Shown in pieces: positions 13,424-26,514 of a stretch of DNA of 64,000 nucleotides (positions are counted from its first letter, which is position 1; every line of letters begins with the position of its first letter). Position numbers and translations under genes: made by a program. Below the pieces are notes generated by a model. It saw only the letters and a list, made by a program, of their open reading frames with translations. It was not told the origin of the DNA and searched no databases. This stretch comes from Eledone cirrhosa (Eukaryota), in contig OZ024741.1 in assembly GCA_964016885.1 (NCBI GenBank), forward strand, positions 95,604,001-95,668,000, written 5' to 3'.

Positions 13424-13791
13424 TAATTGTTTCTACTTTTGGCACAAGGCCAGCAATTAACCAGTACATTACTGGTACTTTATTTTATAGATCCCGTAAG
13501 GATGAAAGGCAAAGTTGACCTCGGCAGGATTTGAACTCAGAATGGAAAGGGCCGTAACTTTATGCGTCAAAGCATGACATCCGACCCTCTACCGATACTG
13601 CCAATCCACCGAAAATAATTGTTTCTACTTTTGGCACAAGGCCAGCAATACCCAGTGTATTACTGGTACTTTATTTTATCGACCCTGTAAGGATGAAAGG
13701 CAAAGTTAACCTCGGCGGGATTTGAACTCAGATCGTAAAGGAACGTAACTACGCTGGAAAGCATGTCCGACCCTCTACCGTTACTGCCAAT
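13424..13791 (-). mobile_element. SINE family 1 dimer
   Basis: Two reverse-complement copies, 13424-13611 and 13615-13791. Confidence 0.9.
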
Positions 13792-13940
13792 GAGAGTAAA
13801 TAAGACAAACCGTTAGGTAGTCTTGGTAACGATTTTGGAACGCAAAGTGAAATGTGTGTGTATTAGTGTCGATATTGTGTGGGTGTGTATGCGGATGTTT
13901 AAACGTGTGTGTCTTTTTAAAGGTTTATTATGTAAAGTAT

Positions 13941-14092
<152 letters not shown>

Positions 14093-14266
14093 TAGAGTAT
14101 GGGGTTAATCGAAGACGGATGTGCAGACCACATTATGGTCTGTCGGTTGTGAAGCAGATAAGGAAATGCGCTCAACGACCTGTATAAATGGTGCAAGTCG
14201 GAGGATTATATATTAATAAAAGATCGAAGGCGGCCATATTCAGATGATTTAGGTTTATTTAAAATT

Positions 14267-14324
14267 CCGTTATACATATTTCACTGAGGACTATCAGTTA
14301 TGATAGCCTGACCTCTTCAGACAG
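14267..14324 (-). ncRNA. Type-I hammerhead ribozyme candidate
   Basis: Minus strand: CTGT-CTGAAGA-ggtca-GGCTATCA-taac-TGATAGTC-ctcagt-GAAA-TATGTA-TA-ACGG, with AATAAA shortly downstream. Confidence 0.65.
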
Positions 14325-15041
14325 CAAAACAAAATAAACATTATAAACATTGAAAATTCCCAAGAAACCATTAAGTTTGGAAAAAATCCAATAATTTCCC
14401 CGAAAGAGATTTTCTTTTCTGATATAAAACCTACAACTTCGTTTGCATCCAATGATGTAGACCAGTTCTATTTTTGGGGTAAATGCATCCGATGTTCAGA
14501 GAGTACTTAACAATAGCAAATACAAACACTACAGGGATCCTCACCCCAGAAAGAATTTCTATAGACTTTTGACTGAGGAATGCTCTCAAAACTGACCAAT
14601 GGGAAGAGTGACCTTACAAATCTTTATAACATTGAGATGGGTATAACCCACACACATTTTATTTGATTATTTTATTTTATTTTGTTCCTTTACCATCTTA
14701 TTCCTTCTACCACTTTATAATTTTTTTGAGCTGACTCCAACAACAACACCACTACCAACATAAGAGTAGAGGTCAGATGTACCTAACAATAACAAGAATC
14801 AACCACTACAGACTGCCTTGCCTCAGAACGAATTTCTATAGACTTTTGAGTGAGGAATGTTCTAACAACTGACCAATGAGAGGAGAAGAGGTCCTTTGAC
14901 GCTGAAATTCGTTTGTTTAAATTCATATGATTCCAGTTCCTCAGTGAAATAACAACCCAACCAGGAACTGGGCATATCAGAGTATTGACAAAGTTAAACA
15001 CCTCAACAACATGTGTACTCGTCTCTACCACACTAGTTCGG

Positions 15042-15096
15042 ACTGCCTGAAGAGGTCACAGCCAAAGATGGCTGTCACCGAAATATATATAGCAGT
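15042..15096 (+). ncRNA. Minimal type-I hammerhead ribozyme
   Basis: ACTGC-CTGAAGA-GGTCACAGCC-aaagat-GGCTGTCACC-GAAA-TATATA-TA-GCAGT, followed immediately by AATAAA. Stem III is palindromic. Confidence 0.85.
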
Positions 15097-15142
15097 AATA
15101 AACGAAGCCAAATTTTAAACATTTGACTTATTTATTTTATTT

Positions 15143-15198
<56 letters not shown>

Positions 15199-15421
15199 CA
15201 TGTTTAGTTATATTGGAGTTTACCAATATATATCCTGGTAAAGATTATAGAAGCTCTATGCTAATCAATATCCTTGGTCCAGCAGTAACCGAAAAAAGGT
15301 GAGGAAGTTTTTAGCTTAGTAGATTCTGCTATAGACTGTTATGGCACGGTCTGCAGAGCTGAAAATTTAAATTGAAACGTATGTATAATATGTTGTCTAA
15401 ATTGGTTATGCTCTCTCAATT

Positions 15422-15452
<31 letters not shown>

Positions 15453-16240
15453 GCCAACTAACAGAAAGAAGGACAAACACGGACAGAGATATGAACTCTC
15501 CCCTCAAAATATGTATGTAAAAATTAATAATTTTTCTTCCCATTTTTATTATTATTATTATTTGTATAAATATGGAACTTAACCATATTATGCATATCCG
15601 TAGTTGACAATTTAAACTAAAATAAAGTAAGGAGCGCGGGATTGCGTATGGTTTATAATTTTTTATCCCATTAGTAAAATAAGTTGGATTACTTTGAATA
15701 AATAATGAATGAATACATAATTTATCTACTAAATTTCGTGGCTGTTCATTAAATATATTTTATTATTTATTTAAAGATTCACTTCTTTAAAATTTTCAAA
15801 TGTCAACACTTCCGGTGGCGATCGCTTAAATAAACATATTAATTTTCTGTCACTAATTTTCTCCTAATGCAGTTTATATATAATATCGTTTTTTGAAATG
15901 TATCGTGGATTACGTTACTGATTACATAAGACAGTGTAACACAGTCTTCGTTCAATTTCTGTGTATATTGTCATTTACGATTTTATTTGATGTATCATAT
16001 CTACATGTATATATACACCCGAAGGGTGGATTTTCTGCTAGTGCATATAATGCTGAAATCGGTACCATTATTAAATGCAGAAATATCCTCTTTATAAATA
16101 AATAAATGTTTTGATATTACACTGAAAGAATCTCTTCAGCATTTTCTACTGAAAAAATATTTTTCCTTTCTACTATTTGTTTTTATATATATCAACTCAC
16201 GTGTTACTTTTCTACATTCGATATATATATAGGAAGGTAT

Positions 16241-16283
16241 ACGATGCTGACGATAGCTAATAAGCTTGAAACTAGTACATCGT
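16241..16283 (+). ncRNA. Minimal type-I hammerhead ribozyme
   Basis: ACGATG-CTGACGA-tAGCT-aata-AGCTt-GAAA-CTAG-TA-CATCGT: 6-bp stem I, palindromic ACTAGT stem III, GUA cleavage triplet. Confidence 0.85.
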
Positions 16284-16561
16284 TCCTGTGTCAGTGTTGA
16301 ACAAAAAGGTGACGTGGTTGCCTAAACACTGTACGGCGTAATTCGGGCTGTTTGTTTGTTTACAAACAAACAAACCGAGCATTATAATAGATGTTCGGTA
16401 AACCGATACGTGCATATATATATGTGTGCATGTATGTATATATATACATACTACTGTACGTCTGTATACATATATGTATGTACGTATACATACATACATA
16501 CTTACATTTAAGTAAGTGCCGTACTAAGAGTGAGAAATGAAATTTCGTTTCATTCTATTCG

Positions 16562-16624
<63 letters not shown>

Positions 16625-16901
16625 TGTGCGCGCGTGTGTGTATGTGTATGTGCGTGTTAATGCATGGGTAAGCGCATTCAAACAACTCTTGGACATTGTA
16701 TTGTTTGAGATTAGAGAGGGGCCTACCTCAAGGCTAGAAACACGTATGTAGGCAGCACAATCAGTGGATGAATAAACCGAGGACAATGAATCTCCAAGTT
16801 CTAGTCATCCAAACATACATAAAATATTTCACTTTACTATCAGTATTGAATTCCCACATCAGCAAATGCCTGTTGATCTGACTTTATATACACACACTCA
16901 C

Positions 16902-16941
<40 letters not shown>

Positions 16942-16974
16942 GTGAGTGTGTGTATGTAAAGTCAGAGTTGATAA

Positions 16975-17037
<63 letters not shown>

Positions 17038-17091
17038 AAGACACGCATATATATTATCTATCATGTATTCTATATATACTTACAAATGTAT

Positions 17092-17123
<32 letters not shown>

Positions 17124-17136
17124 GTATATATATATG

Positions 17137-17171
<35 letters not shown>

Positions 17172-17264
17172 TTATATGTATATGTATGTATATGTACACA
17201 CATATACATATGTATCTATGTATATATATATATATATATATAATTATATATGTGCATATATATA

Positions 17265-17302
<38 letters not shown>

Positions 17303-17652
17303 TGAAATGTTGAGTAAAGGAACACATTTATTATGCAAAACAGAAATTCTAGTCATTAAAAAATCAATTTTAAAATCTAATTAAAACTGTAAATGTGGAA
17401 ATATATATTCATTTTCTTAATTTTCTTACAAAAGGAAAGGAAATGCAATTAATACTAATTACATTGAGAATAATGACCATTCTCTATTTTGTATTCTAAT
17501 CACAATATATAACCTTTACTCTATTTCACAAGTTCATCTGGTTTGTAAAAATTATTAACACTTTGCTAACACTGGATCTCGAAATGAAATCGAATTTTGA
17601 ATAAAGCTTATAGTCTGAGAGTTGATATTAATGATCTCCCCCCCTCTCTCTC

Positions 17653-17764
<112 letters not shown>

Positions 17765-17939
17765 CATATATAGTAATAATAATAAATTTGAAGGCTAAAA
17801 TCCAAAGAGAGCTCGATAAGGATAAATATATATCAGATATATAAGAACCGTAGAGCAAATATTTAAACTTTAATCTGTTATTTGAATATATATATATATA
17901 TATATATATACACATCACACACACAGAAAGATATATATG

Positions 17940-18039
17940 CAGGGTGTCTCAAAAAATGTATACACATTTTGACTACCTGTACAGGCAATATTTATTAGAA
18001 TGCTCAGCCTTTGTGTATACATCTTTGGGGGACACCCCC
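17940..18039. mobile_element. Tc1/mariner-type MITE (~100 bp)
   Basis: TIRs CAGGGTGTCTCAAAAAATGTATACA...TGTATACATCTTTGGGGGACACCC; inverted copy of 40500-40601. Confidence 0.75.
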
Positions 18040-18383
18040 TCTCCCTCTCTGTCTCTCCCTCTCTGTATATATATATATATATAAATATATGTTAGATTTT
18101 GTATCGTTCTCAGTGCCAATAATTTTACATTTCCTTTTGTTTTCCATTTGATAGGATATTTTGTTTTTCTTTATATATAAAAACGCCTATATTACTAGAT
18201 AGAAAATAGTACGAAAAGTAAAAATGATTCGTGAAAGTTACAAAAGGTACACTATATCTGCTATATTAAAAATGTTAGGCTATTCTTTGAAACAGGAATG
18301 ACATACGAAAATATTTGCTATCTTTTATGACTATGAACAGCTTTTGGCTTGTGTGTTTGTGATGGGAGCTTGGCACGTAGTTA

Positions 18384-18762
18384 AATAATTGTTTCTACTT
18401 TTGGCACAAAGCCAGCAATTATCGCAGTGTATTACTGGTACTTTATTTTATTGACCCTGTAAGGATGAAAGGCGAAGTTATCCTCGGCGGGAGTTGAACT
18501 CAGACCGTAAAGGGCCGCAACTCTATGTTGTAAAGCATGGCATCCGACCCTCTACCGATACTGCCAAGCAACCGTAGTTAAATAATTGTTTCTACTTTTG
18601 GCACAACCCAGCAATTACCCAGTGCATTACTGGTACTTTATTTTATCGACCCCGTAAGGATGAAAGGCAAAGTTAACCTCGACGAGATTTGAATTCAGAC
18701 CGTAAAGGGACGTAACTATGCTGGAAAGAACGGTGTCCGACCCTCTACCGATACTGCCAATT
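18384..18762 (-). mobile_element. SINE family 1 dimer with duplicated flank
   Basis: Two copies; CGTAGTTAAATAATT is repeated at 18376 and 18573. Confidence 0.9.
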
Positions 18763-18869
18763 CAAATGCTAATGCACAGCCTACGTTAGTTTTATCCATT
18801 CCATGCACAGTCTCATCAATTTGAATGAACTTATTGTATGAAAGACAATATATTGCAATACTTGGGCTG

Positions 18870-19990
18870 CTCACGCATCCTTCTTTATATGACACACGGA
18901 CATTTCACTCAAACTGAGGCCCAAGTCCAATTTAAAAGCAAAACTATGTGTCCGGCCTCCAAGTAAAGGTGTAGCAGCAATTCCAGATGAGGCAACCGCT
19001 AAAAGCTATTTTTTGGTCTTGTCGAATTTTAGACAATAATAGGTTTATAAAGAAGGTTTTAGCAGTTCCCCACCGAACATCGATAAAAAAATAGGCCACC
19101 ATTCTGTATAATGTTATATACTGTATAATGTTATACCATTCAAGTATAATGTTATATACTGTATACTGTTATACCATTCTGTATAATGTTATATACTGTA
19201 TAATGTTATACCATTCTGTATAATGTTATACCATTCTGTATAATGTTATATACTGTATAATGTTATACCATTCAAGTATAATGTTATATACTGTATACTG
19301 TTATACCATTCTGTATAATGTTATATACTGTATAATGTTATACCATTCTGTATAATGTTATATACTGTATACTGTTATACCATTCTGTATAATGTTATAT
19401 ACTGTATAATGTTATACCATTCTGTATAATGTTATACCATTCTGTATAATGTTATATACTGTATAATGTTATACCATTCAAGTATAATGTTATATACTGT
19501 ATACTGTTATACCATTCTGTATAATGTTATATACTGTATAATGTTATACCATTCTGTATAATGTTATACCATTCTGTATAATGTTATATACTGTATAATG
19601 TTATACCATTCAAGTATAATGTTGTATACTGTATACTGTTATACCATTCTGTATAATGTTATATACTGTATAATGTTATACCATTCTGTATAATGTTATA
19701 TACTGTATACTGTTATACCATTCTGTATAATGTTATATACTGTATAATGTTATACCATTCTGTATAATGTTATACCATTCTGTATAATGTTATATACTGT
19801 ATAATGTTATACCATTCAAGTATAATGTTATATACTGTATACTGTTATACCATTCAAGTATAATGTTATACCATTCAAGTATAATGTTATATACTGTATA
19901 ATGTTATACCATTCAAGTATAATGTTATATACTGCTTTTTGATCATCTAGTAGTTTTGGCTTGCTTTCGTTAACATAGGAGATACGGTCT
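18870..19990 (-). mobile_element. Helitron Rep/Hel PIF1-helicase fragment interrupted by a minisatellite
   Basis: Minus strand: YVNESKPKLLDDQKAVYNIILE [minisatellite] QNGGLFFIDVRWGTAKTFFINLLLSKIRQDQKIA/LAVASSGIAATPLLGGRTHSFAFKL. This matches Helitron helicase motifs I and Ia (GGTGKT; VASSGIAA.LLxGGRTAHS.FK). Confidence 0.85.
19104..19933. repeat. Minisatellite of 17/20/21-nt variants (GTATAATGTTATATACT / GTATAATGTTATACCATTCT / ...CATTCAA)
   Basis: Direct reading; the variants are interspersed in recurring higher-order patterns. Confidence 0.95.
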
Positions 19991-20249
19991 TCTACGTCAG
20001 GCACGTCAAGCATACGACTCATGGGCCGCATGCATCTCTTTACAAGCACACCTGCGGCCCGCACAAAGGTTTTTACAGCGCGAGCGTAATATAAAATAAA
20101 AATATATTAGTTGTAATGTGCGCAATTAATTGTCATGTGAGGCTCTCAGACAACACATATGTGACCCACGTGGCCCTCGAGGGTCCCTCAGTTTGACATG
20201 CCTGTTCCACGTTGTATGAAGCTTCTCGCACAATTTCATTCTTTGACCA

Positions 20250-20299
<50 letters not shown>

Positions 20300-20569
20300 T
20301 TGTAGACACCTGACAATTTTTGCAGACCTCACCATCCTTTAATAGAGCATGTTAATACAGCCACTTAATGAAGACACTTTGTTTACTTAGAATAAATGAA
20401 GCTTAAAAATTAGGAGTTGCCTGCATTTGTATTATTCTCTAAATATAGTTTTTTCAAAGAATTCCCTTTCTTTAAATCCACCAGCCAATGACCTCCACCC
20501 ATTCAAATCACCACCCTCCCCTACCACCAGAAAATGTATAAATACCACCATATCACATTGTCAGTCGGC

Positions 20570-20616
20570 TTTCCTGATGATTTCCTTCGAATGAAACATT
20601 TCTAGTCCAGTAGAAG
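20570..20616 (+). ncRNA. Type-I hammerhead motif with partly decayed stem III
   Basis: TTTC-CTGATGA-tTTCcttcGAAt-GAAA-catttctagtccag-TA-GAAG; same family as 45417-45463. Preceded by CCAAT (20486) and TATAAATA (20537). Confidence 0.6.
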
Positions 20617-20706
20617 CTATTTCTATAATAAAAATGTATACTCTGCTATGTATTGAGTTCCTCACTTACTGTGGTTACCCCCGACTGAACCCGGAATATG
20701 TATATA

Positions 20707-21395
<689 letters not shown>

Positions 21396-21850
21396 ACATG
21401 TATGCGCGCGCGCGCGTGTGTGTGTATGTGTGTGTGCAAGTATATATATGTAAATCTTTATATTTATATATATATATAAATATAAAGATTTACATATACA
21501 TAAAGTCATAGATATAGATATTTTATCTAATAATTCTAAGGACATGATTTATGATATATTGCTCTGATTATTTAATTTATTAATTCTTCACTGAGCCACA
21601 ACGTGACCGGTTGCCACATATATATCTATGACTTTATGTATATGTAAATCTTTATATTTAATAATCTCCAGTTAGGTTGAGATACAATTGGGCGATATTG
21701 GGTTGCGCTTTCTAACAACAAGCCTACCCGCCGTAAGCAACTAATCACATTCTTTCTAACTTGACCACTGCCACGTCACGATTCTTAGCCATTTTTGAAT
21801 CTATTTTTGGCGCGATCACTTTGGAAAATTAACTGTCTAATCTTGAGTTT

Positions 21851-21927
21851 TCTCCTGATGAGTCTGTTACTCTGGATATATCCTGATAATAGGATGTCTA
21901 AAAATACGGACGAAACCATGGTAGAGA
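21851..21927 (+). ncRNA. Type-I hammerhead ribozyme with extended stem II
   Basis: TCTC-CTGATGA-GTCTGT-(internal hairpin ATCCT gataat AGGAT)-ACGGAC-GAAA-CCATGG-TA-GAGA. All core nucleotides are canonical; predicted cleavage after 21923 (GUA). Confidence 0.9.
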
Positions 21928-22407
21928 TATAATTACGGTATGTACACATTTCTTCTAAGTTTGAATTTACACCTAATTGTGTAGACGGTATATTTAGTCA
22001 GTTTCTACATACTCTATTGGGGCTACCGCAAAGAGGCCGCTTTCGGTTATTTGTCGAAAATTTCTTCATAAGAGCCTTTATTCTTATAGCCTGGTCTAAT
22101 TGATTTTTTATATGGTTAATTATGCTAATTGGGAGAGGAAATGGCATATATTTTATCTAATAATTCTAAGGACATGATTTATGATATATATATATATATA
22201 TATATGCAGTGCACTAAGTACTTAATCCTATCAATAGAAACCACTTCGTACCAGAGACCTTTCAACAAGGATCCTAGTCGACACAGTATCAGATGCATGA
22301 TAAATTCATCCAAATGTCACTGTATGAATTAGCTATTGGCATGGCTAAACTTGAGTACCAGTCATTCAAGATATCACACACAGACACACACACACACATA
22401 CACACAT

Positions 22408-22526
<119 letters not shown>

Positions 22527-22883
22527 TGCACACACACAAACAAATACACGCCGGTCGAGCATTCAAAACAATATTTTAATCAACTAACTCAAAATTGAAC
22601 GACCACGGAAGAAAAAATAGTTTTTCTATTTCGGAGAGAACTTTTCTTATATAGTTTGAGCAGGATTATTTGCAATGCTTATTTTACCATTTCTAGTGCT
22701 AAAAATGTATTGTTATCCAAAAGTTATCAAAATGAAGGCAATCAATTTAAATGTGAAAAAACAAAACGAACAAAACATTTAATTGGAAAGGAAGAAACGA
22801 AATAGAATATTATTCTCATTATATATTTAAACCTAGCAGGTAAGATGATTAATACCGAAGTTCTTCAGAGGTAGGGCTGCATG

Positions 22884-22973
<90 letters not shown>

Positions 22974-23429
22974 AAGTGTCTTTGAGATATTTTTCTCTAT
23001 CCAATAAAAGAGAATGAGATATACATTGGGGCAAGCCTTCTGCAGAATATATATGTATATCTGTATATATATAAAGCTGAAGTTTTCTGTATGTGTGTGT
23101 ATGTGGACAATTTTTAATGAGGGCTCATATATTCTAAACGATTCATACGATTTCTTTGAAATTTTTTACAGAGCTTCTCCTTGCACGAAACCTGTACATG
23201 ATCTACAAAGGCTTTCAAAAATCGATATTGGGGCCTTTGGAGACATTAAAAAGTTTCAGTTATTTGTGTCAATTTTCGTGATTAAGTAAGACAAGAGTTA
23301 TCTTTGGTCAATACAATAGGAACTCATTTTTGATGTTGTCAAAAATTTTGTTTGGGATTTTGATTATTACAATTCGAATCGTCCAAAGGACGGGTACTTT
23401 GGCTACTATATATATATATATAGTGTGTT

Positions 23430-23466
<37 letters not shown>

Positions 23467-23493
23467 GTTATTCCGGGTTGAATCGGAGGTAAC

Positions 23494-23574
<81 letters not shown>

Positions 23575-23580
<6 letters not shown>

Positions 23581-23952
23581 GGTGTTGGATGCTTAAAGCG
23601 TCCGTATGCGGTAGGCCGTATGAGCACTCGATGCTCTCATAGAGCAGAGTATGATATCACAGAAAAAAAGAGAATCAGTGTTGCGACGAATGGAATTTAT
23701 TGGACATATTACAATCGTTTCTCTGGCGACCAGCTCGAGGCACGATCGATGTGATGATCGAACCTGACTCTGAAAATCGCAAGCTCCTCAGATACGTCTT
23801 GATTCTACGAAGATTTTCCTATGTCCTTTTACATCAATATACTTCGCTTGTCGGCTTAGATCCTGCTGTTGTCATTCTATGAGTCGTCAGAGAAACGATT
23901 GTAATATGTCCAATAAATTCCATTCGTCGCAACACTAATTCTCTTTTTTTCT

Positions 23953-23960
<8 letters not shown>
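23575..23960 (-). mobile_element. Penelope-like non-autonomous insertion with inverted arm, HHR and tail
   Basis: 23653-23729 is the reverse complement of 23883-23958. The right arm fuses with (TA)n and the left arm carries a ~75 nt extension to (TA)n. Confidence 0.7.
23703..23798 (-). ncRNA. Type-I hammerhead ribozyme with long stem II
   Basis: Minus strand: GACGTAT-CTGAGGA-(63 nt nested hairpin)-GAAA-CGATTG-TA-ATATGTC-CAATAAA; 7-bp stem I. Core-mutated relatives at 24128-24192(+) and 44546-44644(+). Confidence 0.75.
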
Positions 23961-24026
<66 letters not shown>

Positions 24027-24241
24027 AATAGTGTGTGTATGTATGTATATATATAGGTGATAGGTGCAAGAAAATTGCGTCCGTAGGTGGTATGCACACA
24101 GAATCGGAGACAAGCTTACATACCGAGGCATATTTGAGGATCTTTCGATTCCAGAGTCAGGTTCGACAGACAGTGAAACATATGTAATATGTTATTAAAT
24201 ATGTTATGATGCAACACTGACTCTTTGTTCCTATATTCTTA

Positions 24242-24297
<56 letters not shown>

Positions 24298-24303
24298 GTA
24301 TAT

Positions 24304-25120
24304 ATAATGAAACGAAGTAATCGAATAGGACCAACACAGCTTCGGTCGTTTCTTCACTCACTCAATAATTTAATTAAGTCTTTATTATTAAGACACAAAC
24401 CGAAGAAAATTAAATTACACACTTACACGTTAATTAGTGAGAAAAACAATTCGTGTGGGTAGAAAATTTAATTTTCCAGCCCCGGACGAATGCATTAGTT
24501 TCTGCGACTTCACCAGTTAGCGGCAGTCCGAATGGAACTACCGTGTGCAGAAATTAGGTAATGTTAGTAAACATTACGTAAGTTGTTAGAGCCGCGTTTT
24601 TAGTGGGGATTAGCCTCTCTGGAACCGAGAATGTAGATTATCCCTCCACTATATCACTCATATGGCATCGGCTTGAGTAGTAGTAACCTCAACTTTCAGT
24701 GACTCGTGACTTGACACCAAAGGAGAGGTTAGCCAGTCCTGACCTTTCACAAGGAACACGTTGGCACTACTTCAAATTGAAAAACATTTACAGGCCATGA
24801 AACACTCAACCAGGGGCGTCCATAGAGAAAACAAAGACATAGTTGCAAACAAATAATAAATAAATCGAACTATAATAAACAAAATAAAAAAAGTTCAACC
24901 TGCAGTCTGAATTCGGGTTAATCCCCTAGGAGTTTAAAACAATAATGACCGAAGGTGTCGAATAGTACCGACACAGCTTCGGTCATTTCTCACTCAATAA
25001 TTTGATTAAGTTTGTATTACTAAGACATAAAACCAAGAAAATTAGAGTGCACACTTATACGTTAATTAGTGAGAAAATCAATTTCGTGTGGGCAGAAAAT
25101 TTGATTATCCGGCCTCGGAC
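24304..25120. mobile_element. Unclassified ~638-nt unit present as a partial tandem (~180 nt direct terminal repeats) in (TA)n
   Basis: 24304-24487 is similar to 24942-25120; strong hairpins lie in the repeat; (TA)n on both sides. Confidence 0.65.
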
Positions 25121-25269
25121 CATATATATATATATATATATATACTGAATCTGGTAAAAGCAATACACAAAAGCATTTTAGTGACCATGCATCACTAACC
25201 GCTGCTATTACCCTGTTAAACAACAAGCATAATTGAAACAGTGTATCTAAGCCACTACTCTAGCCTCAA

Positions 25270-25925
25270 CATTTTTACTTAATGCACAAGGCCATCCATC
25301 AATGCACAAAAATGGAAGATTCAATTCATTTAGGATTGGTTCGCCGACTACCCGCACCCCATACCTTTCTTCGTCCTAATCGAGACATACCTCAACAACT
25401 CCCACTTGGAAGCTGAAGTGAAAAAGAGATTTGACCACCATACAGGCGAGTTGCGATGGCAGAAGAAAGGGAGGAGTTGCCATTTTCCTGTATGACTCAT
25501 TTACTATAGACGCAAAGGACCTTTTGTCCAATGACTACTGCAAATCGGTGTCTGTACATAACAAAAGCCAACCATTTGATCATAGTTAGGCTCTAGAGAC
25601 CACACTGAGCGCCTCTACTGTGTTTGCAAGAATGCTTCAACAAAATTAAGTGTTTTATTTTTCAGCATTGCCGCAGTCTCCCCTGTGTTGATTGAACAAC
25701 CAATATTTTGAAACTAAGCATTTGCATCTCACTCCAAGATATATAAGCAATAGAACCACTTTTCCATTTTATGGATGAGTTTTTCCAGTCTCAACTCATG
25801 CTCGTGACAACGAGATGTAACAAAAGTATTTTGGATCTAGTGTTAAGTAAACACACAAACACTTTCCATAATGCTGTAGTTGATAAAACGTGACTCTCTG
25901 ACCATAATATGATACTCGGTGGCCT
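25270..25925 (+). pseudogene. Decayed AP-endonuclease region of a CR1/Jockey-type LINE
   Basis: Motifs in order across frames: LLNAQG, LIETYL, RRKGGVAIF, SILDLVL, SDHNMI. Confidence 0.65.
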
Positions 25926-26027
25926 GAGATTCGAACACGCGAAAGCTAAACCTAACGAACTCATGCTAACCCACCTATTTAACAATATGGACCTTTGAAA
26001 TGCAATCTGTGATGGAATCACAATAAT

Positions 26028-26447
26028 AATAATTGTTTCTACTTTTGGCACAAGGCCAGCAAACCCAGTACATTACTGGTACTTTATTTTATCGACCCCG
26101 CAAGGATGAAAGGCAAAGTTAACCTCGACGGGATTTGAACTCAGACCGTAAAGGGACGTAACTATGCTAGAAAGCATGGCGTCCAACCCTCTACCGATAC
26201 TGCCAATTCATAATTACAATAATAATAATAAAAATGATTTCTACTATAAGCACAAGGCCAGCAATTTGAGGGAAGGGAAAGTCGATTATATCGACACCAG
26301 TACGTTACTGGTGCTTTATTTTATCGACCCCGTAAGGATGAAAAGCAAAGCTAACCTCGGCGGGATTTAAACTCAGAAGTAAAGGGTCATAACTCTATGC
26401 GACTAAGCATGTTGTCCGACGCTCTACCGATTCTGCTAATCCACCAC
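26028..26447 (-). mobile_element. Two SINE family 1 copies (short and long variant)
   Basis: 26028-26206 and 26235-26447 match the consensus; both are nested in or next to the LINE fragment. Confidence 0.88.
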
Positions 26448-26514
26448 CTACTGAAATAATACCGCTCTATTTTCTCTGATCTCAATACAGTTGATCGGGG
26501 CAGTATCTGTGAAG

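Noticed and set aside
19104-19933. Possible CRISPR-like array
   Set aside because: No unique spacers, no cas genes, and a eukaryotic context; it is a minisatellite.
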